A stretch of 64,000 nt of DNA from NCBI RefSeq assembly GCF_000328665.1, contig NC_019977.1, positions 930,001 through 994,000 on the forward strand. Direction: 5' to 3'. This stretch comes from Methanomethylovorans hollandica DSM 15978 (GTDB lineage Archaea > Halobacteriota > Methanosarcinia > Methanosarcinales > Methanosarcinaceae). Shown one piece after another: positions 31,587-41,989 of this stretch. Both the position numbers and the translations under genes were made by a program. The notes under the pieces are model-generated. The model had not been told where the DNA came from. It saw only the letters and a program-made list of their open reading frames with translations, and did not search any database. Each line of letters begins with the position of its first letter. Within the stretch, counting starts at the first letter, position 1.

Positions 31587-32442
31587 AACTGTTATATGCG
31601 CTATTATATTTTCGCATATTACTCTTAATGCGGAAGCCCATGAACAAGCCTACCAGCATACCGCTCAGATGTGCAGTATGAGCTACCATATCGCTCGATC
31701 CCATCATAGCAAAGTCCAGAAGTGCAAAGAGCAACAGTGCATATTTTATTTTCATAGGTATGAAATAAACGTAAATCCTCATATCAGGGGCAAGCACCGT
31801 CAGAGTTGCAAAAACACCCAGGATGGCACCACTTGCACCCACGACAGCCGAGTAAGGGTTTGCAACTGTCAGGGAATAACCTATAGCTGCCACAATCCCT
31901 GAAACAAAGTAAACTCCCCAGAATCTGCTCTTGCCAATACGATTCTCCAGTTCGCGTCCGAAGAAGAACAGCACAAGCATATTAAAGAACAGATGACCGA
32001 AATCCACATGCAGGAACATATGGGTCACAATTGTCCAGGGCTGTGTCAGCATAAATGCAGGCGTGAGCTTAAAAAGATTAAAGTATGTGGCTCCCAGAAA
32101 AATATTTCCGACAAAGAACGATACCAAACAAATATAGATGATAGCCATTGAAGGACTATTTTTCATTGAACTCATAATACTACTCCAAATACCCTTACCA
32201 AGTCCCTTTGCAGTTTTTCGGATCGTGGTGCGGATCATATCTTTGAATACATTATCCGAACCTTTGTTGCTTATACTGCCTGTGTATCCCGGATGACGCT
32301 GTTCGAATTCCAGTCCCTGGCATGCATGCTGCTCCGGTAACCTGTGTGTTGCACAGAAGTTCTTTCCACAAAATCTGCATGTGAAAGGCAAAAGTTCTTT
32401 TTTACCGCATATCCAGCAACTATCATCTACATCCTTCACCAA
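31570..32442 (-). CDS. Rhomboid intramembrane serine protease with N-terminal AN1-type zinc finger
   Basis: CWICGK..PFTCRFCGKNFCATHRLPEQHAC; HLFFNM, GASG, AHLSG. Confidence 0.93.
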   Translation of the reverse strand: MVKDVDDSCWICGKKELLPFTCRFCGKNFCATHRLPEQHACQGLEFEQRHPGYTGSISNKGSDNVFKDMIRTTIRKTAKGLGKGIWSSIMSSMKNSPSMAIIYICLVSFFVGNIFLGATYFNLFKLTPAFMLTQPWTIVTHMFLHVDFGHLFFNMLVLFFFGRELENRIGKSRFWGVYFVSGIVAAIGYSLTVANPYSAVVGASGAILGVFATLTVLAPDMRIYVYFIPMKIKYALLLFALLDFAMMGSSDMVAHTAHLSGMLVGLFMGFRIKSNMRKYNSAYNSYDRRW

Positions 32443-32496
32443 ATTATCCTCTACCTACCTACAGACACATAAAATAAAACTGTTTCTGAGAGGACC

Positions 32497-32528
32497 ATGT
32501 CACAGATTGTCAAGAACAATCGTGACAT
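32497..32528. promoter_or_regulatory. Palindrome between divergent rhomboid and cdhA promoters
   Basis: atgtcac(a)gattgt-caaga-acaatcgtgacat, just upstream of tatatattata. Confidence 0.5.
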
Positions 32529-32797
32529 TTGCGGAAACTATATATTATACAATTACCTATGTAACCTTCAATCCACTGCAGTTTAATTCTTTTTTTTAAT
32601 AACGTTTTATTAGAGTACATTATGTGTAAGTCTGTAACCATCAATCATGATAAATAGGGGAATGTTTTTATAGGCGCTTGCGCATTAAGGTTGAACCAAA
32701 TACTCTTATAAAAGTATTACGCTTGATTTCATTTGTAACATATGTTGCTATGGAAACGGCTAAAAGTATGCAGTGGGACATAAGGAGGGTCAAACAC

Positions 32798-35212
32798 ATG
32801 ACTAAAATATCAACAGGCAAGTTCTCCCTTGAAGATTTGGAGAACGTCCAGATCACGATCAACAACATAGTTGGTGCCATAGAGACAAAAGCCGAAGAGG
32901 AAGGTATTGAAACCGGACCTACACCAAAACCCGGTGTTTCCGGCCTGAGGGAATGGGACTATAAATTGCTGTCCCGGTATCAGCCAGTATACACTCCTGT
33001 TTGTGATCAATGCTGTTACTGTACTTATGGCAAGTGTGATCTCGGTGGAAACAAAGAAGGAGCGTGCGGTATTGACCTAGGTACACATCAGTCAAGGGAG
33101 TTCCTTTTGAGGGTCATCACCGGTGCAGCGGCGCATTCAGCTCATGGACGCCACATACTGCATCACCTTATAGGAATACATGGAAAAGACCACCCCATTG
33201 ACGTAGGACCTTCAAATCTGTTTGCTCCCAACACTCAACTGGTCACAGGGATCATGCCAAAAACCCTGGGTGATCTCGAAGAAGTTGTGGCATATGTCGA
33301 AGAGCAACTGATGCAGCTCCTCTCTACGATCCATGTCGGACAGGAAGGTTCAGCTCTTGACTTTGAATCCAAAGCACTGCACGGAGGAATGCTTGACCAT
33401 GTAGGTATGGAAGTTTCTGATATTGCTCAGATCTCATGCCTCGGTATGCCAAAATCCGATCCTGAAGCCCCCCTTGCAGAGATCGGCATGGGGTGTATCG
33501 ATTCAACAAAACCTGTGCTGCTGGTCATAGGACACAATGTTGCAGGCATAACCTACATTATGGACTATATGGAAGAGCAGGGACTAAACGACAAGATAGA
33601 GCTTGCCGGACTGTGCTGTACAGCCATAGACATGACACGCTACAAGACAGAGGATCGCAGCCAGCCAAGAGCCAAAGTTGTTGGCCCCATGGCAAAAGAG
33701 CTCAAGATGATACGTTCTGCTGCCCCTGATGTTATAGTAGTGGACGAACAGTGTGTCAGAGCAGATGTCCTTGATGAGGCAAAGAAGCTGTTCATACCTG
33801 TGATCACAACCAACGAAAAGATCATGTATGGTTTGTCCAATAGATCAAACGATACTGCAGACCAGATCATCGAAGACCTTTCCAGCGGGAAGGAACCAGG
33901 AGCACTTATATTGAATTTCGACCTGCTTGGAGAAGTGGCTCCCCGCCTTGCCATGAAAATGGCACCCATAAGAGATGCAAAAGGTATTAAGTCACTGCCT
34001 TCTGATGAAGAACTGAGGACCTTGACCTCTGCATGTGTGCAGTGCGGTGCATGTGAACTGGTATGCCCCAACAATCTGCCCATAATGAACGCTATGGTAG
34101 CAGCTGTTGATGGGGATCTTACCAAGTTTGAGAAACTGCATGACCATTGTATTGCTTGCGGGCGCTGTGATCCTGTGTGTCCAAAAGACATTCCGATCCT
34201 CAATGTTATCGAAAAGGCTGCACAGAAAGTTATCCGCGAGGAAAAAGGGAAGATGAGGGCAGGCAGAGGTCAGATCAGTGACCCTGAGATACGCGAGGAA
34301 GGAGTTAATCTTGTAATGGGTACCACACCGGGTATCGTGGCAATGGTCGGGTGCTCCAACTATCCGGAAGGCACCAAGGACCTGTTCACTGTAGCCAATG
34401 AGATGCTCCAGAGGAATTACATAGTGGTAGTCTCCGGATGTTCTGCCATGGACCTGGGCATGTACAAGGATGAAGAAGGTCAGACCCTCTATGAGAAGTA
34501 TCCAGCCAAGTTCCTGGCAGGTAATCTCATAAATGTGGGTTCCTGTGTTTCCAATTCCCACATAACAGGTACTGCAATTAAGGTGGCCTCCATATTCGCC
34601 CAGAGGAACATTACAGGTAACTTTGAAGAAATAGCAGACTACATCATGAACCGTATAGGTGCAGTGGGTGTGGCATGGGGTGCATATTCTCAGAAAGCTG
34701 CAGCCATAGGCACTGGTTGTAACAGGCTGGGTATACCGGTAATAGTAGGACCGCATGGTTCCAAGTACAGACGTGCACTCATCGGTAAACCTTATAATGA
34801 AGAGGATTGGAAAGTGTATGATGCGCGTAACGGTGAGGAAATGCCAATCCCATCCTCCCCGGAGTTCCTGCTTACGACCGCAGAGACCATTGAAGAGCTT
34901 ATGCCCATGATCGCAAAGAACTGTATCAGGCCAAGTGACAATAACATGGGACGCATGATCAAGCTCACTCACTATATCGAACTTAGTCAGAAGTATATGG
35001 GTCATATGCCAGAGGACTGGTACAAGTTCGTGAGGATCGAGACAGACCTGCCTCTTGCAAAACGTGAGGAGTTGCTGAAGATTCTTGAAAAGGAACATGG
35101 ATGGGAGATCGACTGGAAGAGGAAGAAGATCATTTCCGGCCCGACCATGAAACTCGATGTGTCTGCACAACCTACAAATGTCAAAAGACTCTGTAAGGAG
35201 AGTGTGTGCTGA
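32798..35212 (+). CDS. cdhA: ACDS complex alpha subunit (CO dehydrogenase)
   Basis: [18 protein letters not shown], two ferredoxin motifs; ATG 32798 after AAGGAGG. Confidence 0.97.
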   Translation: MTKISTGKFSLEDLENVQITINNIVGAIETKAEEEGIETGPTPKPGVSGLREWDYKLLSRYQPVYTPVCDQCCYCTYGKCDLGGNKEGACGIDLGTHQSREFLLRVITGAAAHSAHGRHILHHLIGIHGKDHPIDVGPSNLFAPNTQLVTGIMPKTLGDLEEVVAYVEEQLMQLLSTIHVGQEGSALDFESKALHGGMLDHVGMEVSDIAQISCLGMPKSDPEAPLAEIGMGCIDSTKPVLLVIGHNVAGITYIMDYMEEQGLNDKIELAGLCCTAIDMTRYKTEDRSQPRAKVVGPMAKELKMIRSAAPDVIVVDEQCVRADVLDEAKKLFIPVITTNEKIMYGLSNRSNDTADQIIEDLSSGKEPGALILNFDLLGEVAPRLAMKMAPIRDAKGIKSLPSDEELRTLTSACVQCGACELVCPNNLPIMNAMVAAVDGDLTKFEKLHDHCIACGRCDPVCPKDIPILNVIEKAAQKVIREEKGKMRAGRGQISDPEIREEGVNLVMGTTPGIVAMVGCSNYPEGTKDLFTVANEMLQRNYIVVVSGCSAMDLGMYKDEEGQTLYEKYPAKFLAGNLINVGSCVSNSHITGTAIKVASIFAQRNITGNFEEIADYIMNRIGAVGVAWGAYSQKAAAIGTGCNRLGIPVIVGPHGSKYRRALIGKPYNEEDWKVYDARNGEEMPIPSSPEFLLTTAETIEELMPMIAKNCIRPSDNNMGRMIKLTHYIELSQKYMGHMPEDWYKFVRIETDLPLAKREELLKILEKEHGWEIDWKRKKIISGPTMKLDVSAQPTNVKRLCKESVC

Positions 35213-35721
35213 TGGTGGATACTACGAAGAACACAATGATATATACTACCTGGGGAACTAGGAATGCAAAACCAGTGCAGCCTTTAGTGGCTGCCAAACT
35301 TATTTCCAAAGCCAAGAGACCACTTTTGGTAGTAGGTGCGGATGTTCTTGAAAGTGATGTACTTTCCAAGGCCATAGAATTAGGCAAAAAAGGTATGCAG
35401 ATAGCTGCAACAGGCCATTCCATGCAGGGTTTCAAGGACCAGGACGTAAATGCAAAATATATCAATATCCATTTCCTTGCTACTTATCTAGGCGATAAGA
35501 CATGGAAAGGACTGGATGGCCTGGGTCCCTATGATCTTTTGATATTCCTTGCACACAAAAAATACTATCTTAACCAGGTATTATCAGGCCTCAAGAATTT
35601 TACTGATATCAAGACACTGGCTATAGACAGGCACTATTTCCAGAATGCAGATATGTCCTTCGGAAATCTGAAACCGGATGACCATCTGGCAGCACTTGAT
35701 GAGCTCATATCTAACCTTTAA
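35212..35721 (+). CDS. cdhB: ACDS complex epsilon subunit
   Basis: KAKRPLLVVG, WKGLDGLGPYD, NADMSFGNL; operon position. Confidence 0.93.
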   Translation: MVDTTKNTMIYTTWGTRNAKPVQPLVAAKLISKAKRPLLVVGADVLESDVLSKAIELGKKGMQIAATGHSMQGFKDQDVNAKYINIHFLATYLGDKTWKGLDGLGPYDLLIFLAHKKYYLNQVLSGLKNFTDIKTLAIDRHYFQNADMSFGNLKPDDHLAALDELISNL

Positions 35722-35752
35722 ATCATGATCTAGAAATCGCGGAGAAAGTAAA

Positions 35753-37183
35753 ATGGCAGATGAATTCCCTTTTGAGATATCTCCTATGTTCGAGGGAGAA
35801 AGAATTAGAAAGGACAATATGCATGTTGAACTTGCTGGCCCGAAATCTATTGGTTTCGAACTGGTAAGAGCAGCTGATATGAACGATTTGGAAGATGACA
35901 AGTTCACACTTATCGGTCCTGACATTGCAGATATGGCTGAAGGTTCCAGATATCCTATCGCTATGATCTACAAGATCGCAGGTGAACTGGTGGAAACCGA
36001 CCTGGAATCAATAGTAGAAAGGAGGAACCATGAGTTCCAGAACTATATTCAGGGACTTATGCACCTCAATCAGAGAGACGATGTTTGGTTAAGAGTAAGC
36101 AAAGAAGCTGTGAAAAAAGGACTCACTTCTTTTGAACAGATCGCAAAGGCCATTATGATGCTCTTTAAGAACGAGCTTCCATTCATAGAAAAAGTGGAAA
36201 CCGTGTATATCACGGATCAGGCAGAGATCGAAAAAGAGATCGAGAACGCCAGAGCTGTCTATCAGGCAAGGGATGACAGGACAAAGGGACTGCATGATGA
36301 AGATGTAGACACCTTCTATGGTTGTACTCTGTGCCAGTCCTTTGCACCGACCAATGTATGTGTTATTACACCAGACAGGATTTCCCTGTGCGGTGCTATC
36401 AACTGGTTTGATGGAAGGGCAGCTGCCAAGGTCGATCCTGAAGGTCCTCAGTTCGCCATCGAAAAAGGAGAACTTGTGGATGCAGCATCAGGTGAGTACT
36501 CCGGTGTGAACGAACATGCAAAGCGCTTGTCCAATGGTGAATACGACAGGCTCAAGTTGCATTCTTTCTTCGAATACCCTCACACCTCATGTGGGTGTTT
36601 CGAAGTGGTAGGTTTCTACGTGCCTGAAGTGGATGGTATTGGCTGGGTGGACAGAGACTTCGCAGGAACTGCACCCAATGGACTCCAGTTCTCTACCATG
36701 GCAGGACAGACAGGTGGAGGTAAACAGGTAGTAGGTTTCCTGGGTATCGGTGTCAACTACTTCCGTTCACCGAAGTTCATCAGTGCCGATGGTGGCTGGG
36801 ATAGGGTAGTATGGATGCCCAGCATGCTGAAACAGAAAGTTCTAGACAGCATCCCTGCTGAACTTAAGGATAAAATAGCAACCGACGAAGATGTAAAAGA
36901 TGTTGAATCCCTGAAAAACTTCCTAAAAGAGAAAGATCATCCGGTGGTCAAGAGATGGGTAGTCGAAGAGGAAGAAGCTCCTGAAGAGGAGGAAGCAGAA
37001 GTCAGTCAGGCTCCTCAGGCACAGTATCAGCAGCAACCTATGCAATATGTTCCACAGCAGATGCCAGCGGGCTTTATGCCTTCCATGCCAATGATGGGTG
37101 GCTCCGGTAGTGGTGGCGTAAAGATAGTGCTCAAGAACGCCAAGGTGACCGTAGACAAGATTATAATTAAAAAAATAGAATGA
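35753..37183 (+). CDS. cdhC: ACDS complex beta subunit (acetyl-CoA synthase)
   Basis: FYGCTLCQSFAP, LCGAINW, PHTSCGCFE A-cluster motifs. Confidence 0.97.
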   Translation: MADEFPFEISPMFEGERIRKDNMHVELAGPKSIGFELVRAADMNDLEDDKFTLIGPDIADMAEGSRYPIAMIYKIAGELVETDLESIVERRNHEFQNYIQGLMHLNQRDDVWLRVSKEAVKKGLTSFEQIAKAIMMLFKNELPFIEKVETVYITDQAEIEKEIENARAVYQARDDRTKGLHDEDVDTFYGCTLCQSFAPTNVCVITPDRISLCGAINWFDGRAAAKVDPEGPQFAIEKGELVDAASGEYSGVNEHAKRLSNGEYDRLKLHSFFEYPHTSCGCFEVVGFYVPEVDGIGWVDRDFAGTAPNGLQFSTMAGQTGGGKQVVGFLGIGVNYFRSPKFISADGGWDRVVWMPSMLKQKVLDSIPAELKDKIATDEDVKDVESLKNFLKEKDHPVVKRWVVEEEEAPEEEEAEVSQAPQAQYQQQPMQYVPQQMPAGFMPSMPMMGGSGSGGVKIVLKNAKVTVDKIIIKKIE

Positions 37184-37195
37184 TCGGGGACTATT

Positions 37196-37948
37196 GTGAC
37201 CAGAGTAATAGCAGTGACCGGGAAAGGTGGGACTGGCAAGACAGCCATCACTACCTTACTCATACGCCATCTCACCAGGGGAAACAAGGTAGTTCTGGCA
37301 GTGGATGCCGACCCTGATACAAATCTTCCTGAAACGCTGGGATGTGAGGTGCACAGGACAATTGGTGATGTGAAAGAATTCATGCACGAAGAGCGTGACA
37401 ATCTTCCTCCCGATGTCAACAAGCAATCAATTCTTGAGTCCAAGCTCTACGAGGTATTGGAAGAGATGCCAGGATATGATCTGCTTGTCATGGGTCGGCC
37501 CGAAGGGTCCGGATGTTATTGTTATGTCAATAACCTGCTAAGAGGCATCATGAACAAGCTCGTAGACAACTATGATGTCCTTATAATCGATACCGAGGCC
37601 GGACTTGAACATTTCAGCAGGAAGATATTCAAGCAGGTGGATGACCTTATTGTAGTTACAGATGGATCCCGCAGGGGAATGGGGACTGCAGAACGTATCC
37701 GTGAGCTTGTAGGAGAACTGGAAACCGATGTTGCCCACATATACGTGATCGCTAACAAGGTCACTGACAGCACCAGTGAAACGATCATAAGGACCGCTGC
37801 AGAGCTGGAGTTGGAACTTATAGGTATGGTACCGCTGGACGAGATGATAGTACAAAGAGACCTTGCAGGACAGCCGCTTATGGAACTTCCGGACGACTCG
37901 CCTGCTGTGAAGGAAATAGAGAATATCTCCCGGAAACTGAATTTATAA
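37196..37948 (+). CDS. cooC: CooC/AcsF-type Ni-insertion ATPase
   Basis: [27 protein letters not shown]; inside the cdh operon. Confidence 0.9.
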   Translation: MTRVIAVTGKGGTGKTAITTLLIRHLTRGNKVVLAVDADPDTNLPETLGCEVHRTIGDVKEFMHEERDNLPPDVNKQSILESKLYEVLEEMPGYDLLVMGRPEGSGCYCYVNNLLRGIMNKLVDNYDVLIIDTEAGLEHFSRKIFKQVDDLIVVTDGSRRGMGTAERIRELVGELETDVAHIYVIANKVTDSTSETIIRTAAELELELIGMVPLDEMIVQRDLAGQPLMELPDDSPAVKEIENISRKLNL

Positions 37949-37976
37949 GGCTCTTTTGATTTATGGTGGAATGCAT

Positions 37977-39314
37977 ATGACAAAGAAGACAAAATTAACT
38001 GATATCACTCAACTTTTCAAGGATTTCGATATCGAAGCCCTTGAAGGAGTGAGCATTGAGGGTGATATCGAATTGAATATCACTGGCGGTGGAGGGCTTA
38101 ACCCTGCACTAGCCTATGCACTGGGACAAGAGATCTCACACATTTCTCTGCACATGGCCAATATAGGCAGGATATTGGGATATCCGGTTGACCAGCTGTT
38201 AGCCCAGTCTTTGGGTATGGGAGTTGCCGGTGCCCCCTCGCCTGTGGGTGAGATGGTTGCCGCAAAGACAAAAATACAGGAATTGCTGGCTGCAAAATTC
38301 GAAGTGGCTTCAGTAAAGAACTGGACCAATCCCATACAGGAAGTCACTCTGGGTGCCACTTCCGGAGATGGTGGGTCCAGGAAGAGTACTATCACATTAG
38401 GAGGAGAGAACGCCCTCCCATATTACTTTGATGCGGAAATGCCTCACCGCAACTACATTACCATGGATGTCTTTGATATGCCCATTGGCATGGCCAAGGC
38501 AGTGAAATCCAACTATGATGATGTCATCAACGACCCGGCAGAATGGGCAAAGAAAGTCGTCAGGGACTTTAATGCCGACATGGTGACCATCCATCTGATA
38601 TCCACTGATCCTCTTATCAAGGATACCTCTGCCCGCGATGCAGCTAAAGTGGTGGAAGATGTATTGCAGGCTGTGGACGTGCCTATTGTCATCGGTGGTT
38701 CCGGTAACCCGCAGAAGGACCCCGAAGTGCTGGAGAAAGCTGCAGAAGCTGCTGCAGGTGAGCGTGTACTTCTCGCTTCCGCAAGTCTGAACCTGGATTA
38801 TGAGAGGATAGCCAAAGCAGCTATAAATAACGGTCATGTTGTGTTGTCCTGGACCCAGCTTGAGATCAATGCCCAGAAAGAGCTTAACAGGAAGCTCATG
38901 AAACAGTGTAATGTCCCAAGGGACAGTATCATAATGGACCCGACCACTGCGGCTTTGGGTTATGGTCTGGATTATGCTTATAGTAACATGGAACGTATCA
39001 GGCTCGCCGGCCTTATGGGCGATGATGAGCTGACATTCCCGATGTCCTCCGGTACCACCAATGCATGGGGAGCCCGCGAGGCATGGATGGTCTCATCACC
39101 ACTGGCACAGGACTCTGAGTGGGGACCCAGGGAATATCGTGGTCCCATATGGGAGATAGTCACCGGTCTGGCTCTGTCCCTTGCAGGTAATGATATGTTC
39201 ATGATGATGCACCCAACTTCCGTACAGGTGCTCAAGGAAATCACCCAGACCCTTTATGGCTCTATTGAATCAGAAGCAGTTGATATCAGCAACTGGGTCG
39301 GAGCGGAGGTGTGA
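37977..39314 (+). CDS. cdhD: ACDS complex delta subunit (corrinoid FeS protein small subunit)
   Basis: [33 protein letters not shown]. Confidence 0.96.
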   Translation: MTKKTKLTDITQLFKDFDIEALEGVSIEGDIELNITGGGGLNPALAYALGQEISHISLHMANIGRILGYPVDQLLAQSLGMGVAGAPSPVGEMVAAKTKIQELLAAKFEVASVKNWTNPIQEVTLGATSGDGGSRKSTITLGGENALPYYFDAEMPHRNYITMDVFDMPIGMAKAVKSNYDDVINDPAEWAKKVVRDFNADMVTIHLISTDPLIKDTSARDAAKVVEDVLQAVDVPIVIGGSGNPQKDPEVLEKAAEAAAGERVLLASASLNLDYERIAKAAINNGHVVLSWTQLEINAQKELNRKLMKQCNVPRDSIIMDPTTAALGYGLDYAYSNMERIRLAGLMGDDELTFPMSSGTTNAWGAREAWMVSSPLAQDSEWGPREYRGPIWEIVTGLALSLAGNDMFMMMHPTSVQVLKEITQTLYGSIESEAVDISNWVGAEV

Positions 39315-39317
39315 AAC

Positions 39318-40727
39318 ATGAAAATAAACAGTCCGCTTGAAGCGTATAGATATCTGCCCGGTACTAACTGCGGCGAGTGTGGTGAACAGACATGTATGGC
39401 CTTTGCTGCACATCTGATCGATCGGTCGAAAAAACTCACAGACTGTACTCCCATGCTTGAACAGAAGTTCAGCAAGAAGTTAAAGGATCTACAGGCACTT
39501 CTTGCTCCGGAGATCCGCGAAGTGGAGATCGGTGTGGGTGAAAAGGCCGTGAAGATCGGAGGGGACGATGTGCTGTACCGTCACAGACTCACATTCTTCG
39601 ATCCAACAGCACTTGCCTATGATGTGTGGGACACTATGCCTGAAAATGAACTTGTGGAAAGGGTCAAGAAGATCCATGATTTCAAGAAGTTCTATGTAGG
39701 CAACTTCCTTACACTGGACATGGTAGCTGTGAGATGTGTTTCCAAAGACCCGAAGAAGTTCGCTGACACTGTGAAGAAGGTCATTGGTACTACTGATCTC
39801 CCTCTTATTCTGTGTTCCTTTGATCCGGAAGTGCTGAAAGCTGGTCTTGAAGTGGCAAAGGATAAAAATCCACTCCTATATGCCGCAAACAAGGATAACT
39901 GGCAGCAGGTTGCAGATCTGGCACTTGAATACAATGTGCCTGTCACACTGTTCTCACCTGATGACCTGGATACACTCAAATCCCTTGCAGTGACCTTTGC
40001 AAAGATGGGTACAGAGAAGCTTGTGCTTGATCCAGGAACGTTCCCCTCAGGCAAGGACCTAAAGAAGACCTTTACCAATTTCCTGAAGATCAGAAGAGCT
40101 GGTGTTGAAGGGGACAGAGATATAGCCTATCCTATAATGGCGGTCCCGCTCACTGCCTGGATGGTGCAGGATGATGCTGTCAGTGCTTCTTATTGGGAAA
40201 CTGTTATTGCATCCATATTCACCATAAAGTATGGAGATGTAATGATAATGCATAGCATCGAACCCTATGCTCTGCTTCCGCAGCTGCACATAAGGGATAC
40301 GATCTATACAGATCCCCGAAAGCCTGTAAGCGTGCAGCCTGCCATGTACAAGGTAGGTACTCCGGACAAGGATTCACCGGTGCTCGTCACGACCAACTTT
40401 GCCCTTACCTACTACACAGTGGAGAGTGACCTTGCTTCCAGCAAGGTCAATTGTTTCCTATGGGCCATAGATACCGATGGTATCGGTGTGGAGGCTGCAG
40501 TAGCAGGCGGTCAGCTTACAGCAGCAAAGATAAAAAAAGGCATAGAAGATTCCGGTTTTGATCTTAAGAACGATACAACGCACAACACCATAGTCCTTCC
40601 GGGCCTTGCAGCACGTCTGCAGGGTGACGTGGAAGATGAAACAGGTGCAAGAGTAATGGTCGGACCTGCGGATTCCGGAAGACTTCCGGGCTGGATGGAA
40701 AAGAACTGGCCTCCAAAAGCAAAGTAA
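39318..40727 (+). CDS. cdhE: ACDS complex gamma subunit (corrinoid FeS protein large subunit)
   Basis: LPGTNCGECGEQTCMAFA, IYTDPRKP, TTNFALTY. Confidence 0.96.
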   Translation: MKINSPLEAYRYLPGTNCGECGEQTCMAFAAHLIDRSKKLTDCTPMLEQKFSKKLKDLQALLAPEIREVEIGVGEKAVKIGGDDVLYRHRLTFFDPTALAYDVWDTMPENELVERVKKIHDFKKFYVGNFLTLDMVAVRCVSKDPKKFADTVKKVIGTTDLPLILCSFDPEVLKAGLEVAKDKNPLLYAANKDNWQQVADLALEYNVPVTLFSPDDLDTLKSLAVTFAKMGTEKLVLDPGTFPSGKDLKKTFTNFLKIRRAGVEGDRDIAYPIMAVPLTAWMVQDDAVSASYWETVIASIFTIKYGDVMIMHSIEPYALLPQLHIRDTIYTDPRKPVSVQPAMYKVGTPDKDSPVLVTTNFALTYYTVESDLASSKVNCFLWAIDTDGIGVEAAVAGGQLTAAKIKKGIEDSGFDLKNDTTHNTIVLPGLAARLQGDVEDETGARVMVGPADSGRLPGWMEKNWPPKAK

Positions 40728-40748
40728 AAAAGCAAAGTAAAATCAGGC

Positions 40749-40782
40749 GTCCGCATTTTGCGGACCCTATTATATATTTTTT
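40749..40782 (+). terminator. Terminator after the cdh operon
   Basis: gtccgca-ttt-tgcggac hairpin then T-run. Confidence 0.55.
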
Positions 40783-40998
40783 GACAGGACACAATTAATA
40801 AAAATCTGCCTGTTTCCATCCATTCCTATTTTATCCTCAACTACTATTTTTTCTTTCCTTTTACATCCCAGAATCGCGGTGAACTGTAACCTCAAAGCAA
40901 AAACAGTAATAAAATGTTTCAATGAATTATTTTTGACTTATACAAAAAGAACGCAAGATAATTATAGTACTTCTTTGTTGTCTTATTTGGTTTTTATC

Positions 40999-41355
40999 AT
41001 GTCAGAGATAGTTCGCCAGAAAAACAGTATAGAATTAACCAAAAACTGCAAGCACTGTGTAATTTTAGGTAATGTTGAGGAAGTAGCAGATGAATATATC
41101 TTAAAGTTTGCACAATGGGCTACATCTCTATGGGATTATGAAAAGATTAAGATGTGGAAAAAATCCGATACTTTAAGTCCCGGCTATTATACTAGAATGG
41201 CTGAACATGGGGCATACAAAGTACATGTACTCGATGAGAATAAGATGAAAGACCTTTTTGACGGTGCACGGAAAGACAGTCCGGCAAGACTAAAAGATTG
41301 GGATAAGAAAGAACTTGTCGCATATGTGGGCTGGTATGTGGATGATATCTGCTAG
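40999..41355 (+). CDS. Hypothetical protein, about 118 aa, with CxxC
   Basis: MSEIVRQK... ORF; NCKHC; no recognised family. Confidence 0.55.
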   Translation: MSEIVRQKNSIELTKNCKHCVILGNVEEVADEYILKFAQWATSLWDYEKIKMWKKSDTLSPGYYTRMAEHGAYKVHVLDENKMKDLFDGARKDSPARLKDWDKKELVAYVGWYVDDIC

Positions 41356-41360
41356 TGCCA

Positions 41361-41522
41361 TCAGAAATTGACATCGTCTATACATGTAAAATACTCGACT
41401 TCTTTCAACCATTTTTTACCAAGTTCAGAGTAAGTGATGCTAACTGTTCCTTCTGACGCTGCAACATCTTTCTTTTTTCTTAAAGTGTTCGTGGGCCTGA
41501 CCGTCTCAGCAGTTTTTTCCAT
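41361..41522 (-). CDS. Small hypothetical protein, 53 aa (not in ORF track)
   Basis: MEKTAETVRPTNTLRKKKDVAASEGTVSITYSELGKKWLKEVEYFTCIDDVNF; AGGAGGTG RBS at 41531-41538. Confidence 0.65.
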   Translation of the reverse strand: MEKTAETVRPTNTLRKKKDVAASEGTVSITYSELGKKWLKEVEYFTCIDDVNF

Positions 41523-41574
41523 TAATGCGACACCTCCTCTAAATTATTATTCTGACACACTTCATTTTTATACT

Positions 41575-41721
41575 TTACTTACTAAGCATTCCACCGATCA
41601 TGAAACGGTAGATCTCCATATCTTCAGCGGTGAAATAACTTTCAATACGACCATTGATTATTGTGTGGAAACCATTTGTTTCACCACACACTAATTTTTC
41701 CATCTTTACTCGCTTTTTCAT
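41575..41721 (-). CDS. Small hypothetical protein, 48 aa (not in ORF track)
   Basis: MKKRVKMEKLVCGETNGFHTIINGRIESYFTAEDMEIYRFMIGGMLSK; AGGAG RBS. Confidence 0.5.
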   Translation of the reverse strand: MKKRVKMEKLVCGETNGFHTIINGRIESYFTAEDMEIYRFMIGGMLSK

Positions 41722-41989
41722 TTATTTGCTCCTATTGTCTTTGTACGTGCTATAGTATGTAAACAGAGCATATATATTTTGCCAAAATATTCTATATATA
41801 TTTTTAAAAAACATAGGTGCTATATATGGGTTTACTTATGGCCGTAGGTTGGCTGTAATGAAAATAGAACAATCTTAATGAAAAGTGATATGTGTTAAAT
41901 TTACAGAACTTCTACCGCTGCTCTGACATATGTTTTTATATTGTATGTCACAAAATACCTTTCGTTCGCCAGTTGAAGGAGACAACATC

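Noticed and set aside
33992..35170. 392-aa antisense ORF within cdhA (and other long shadow ORFs such as 18236-19045, 3849-4532)
   Set aside because: Antisense shadows of well-supported genes with no motifs of their own
36960..37120. E/Q/P/M-rich low-complexity stretch in CdhC
   Set aside because: Corresponds to the known flexible linker before the C-terminal segment of archaeal ACDS beta subunits
41353..41433. Pyrrolysine read-through of TAG stops (also dnaJ, trkH, MCP, 56956)
   Set aside because: These TAGs end apparently complete proteins, and the extensions I checked (41355, 56956) are short and featureless; no split methyltransferase gene in the window
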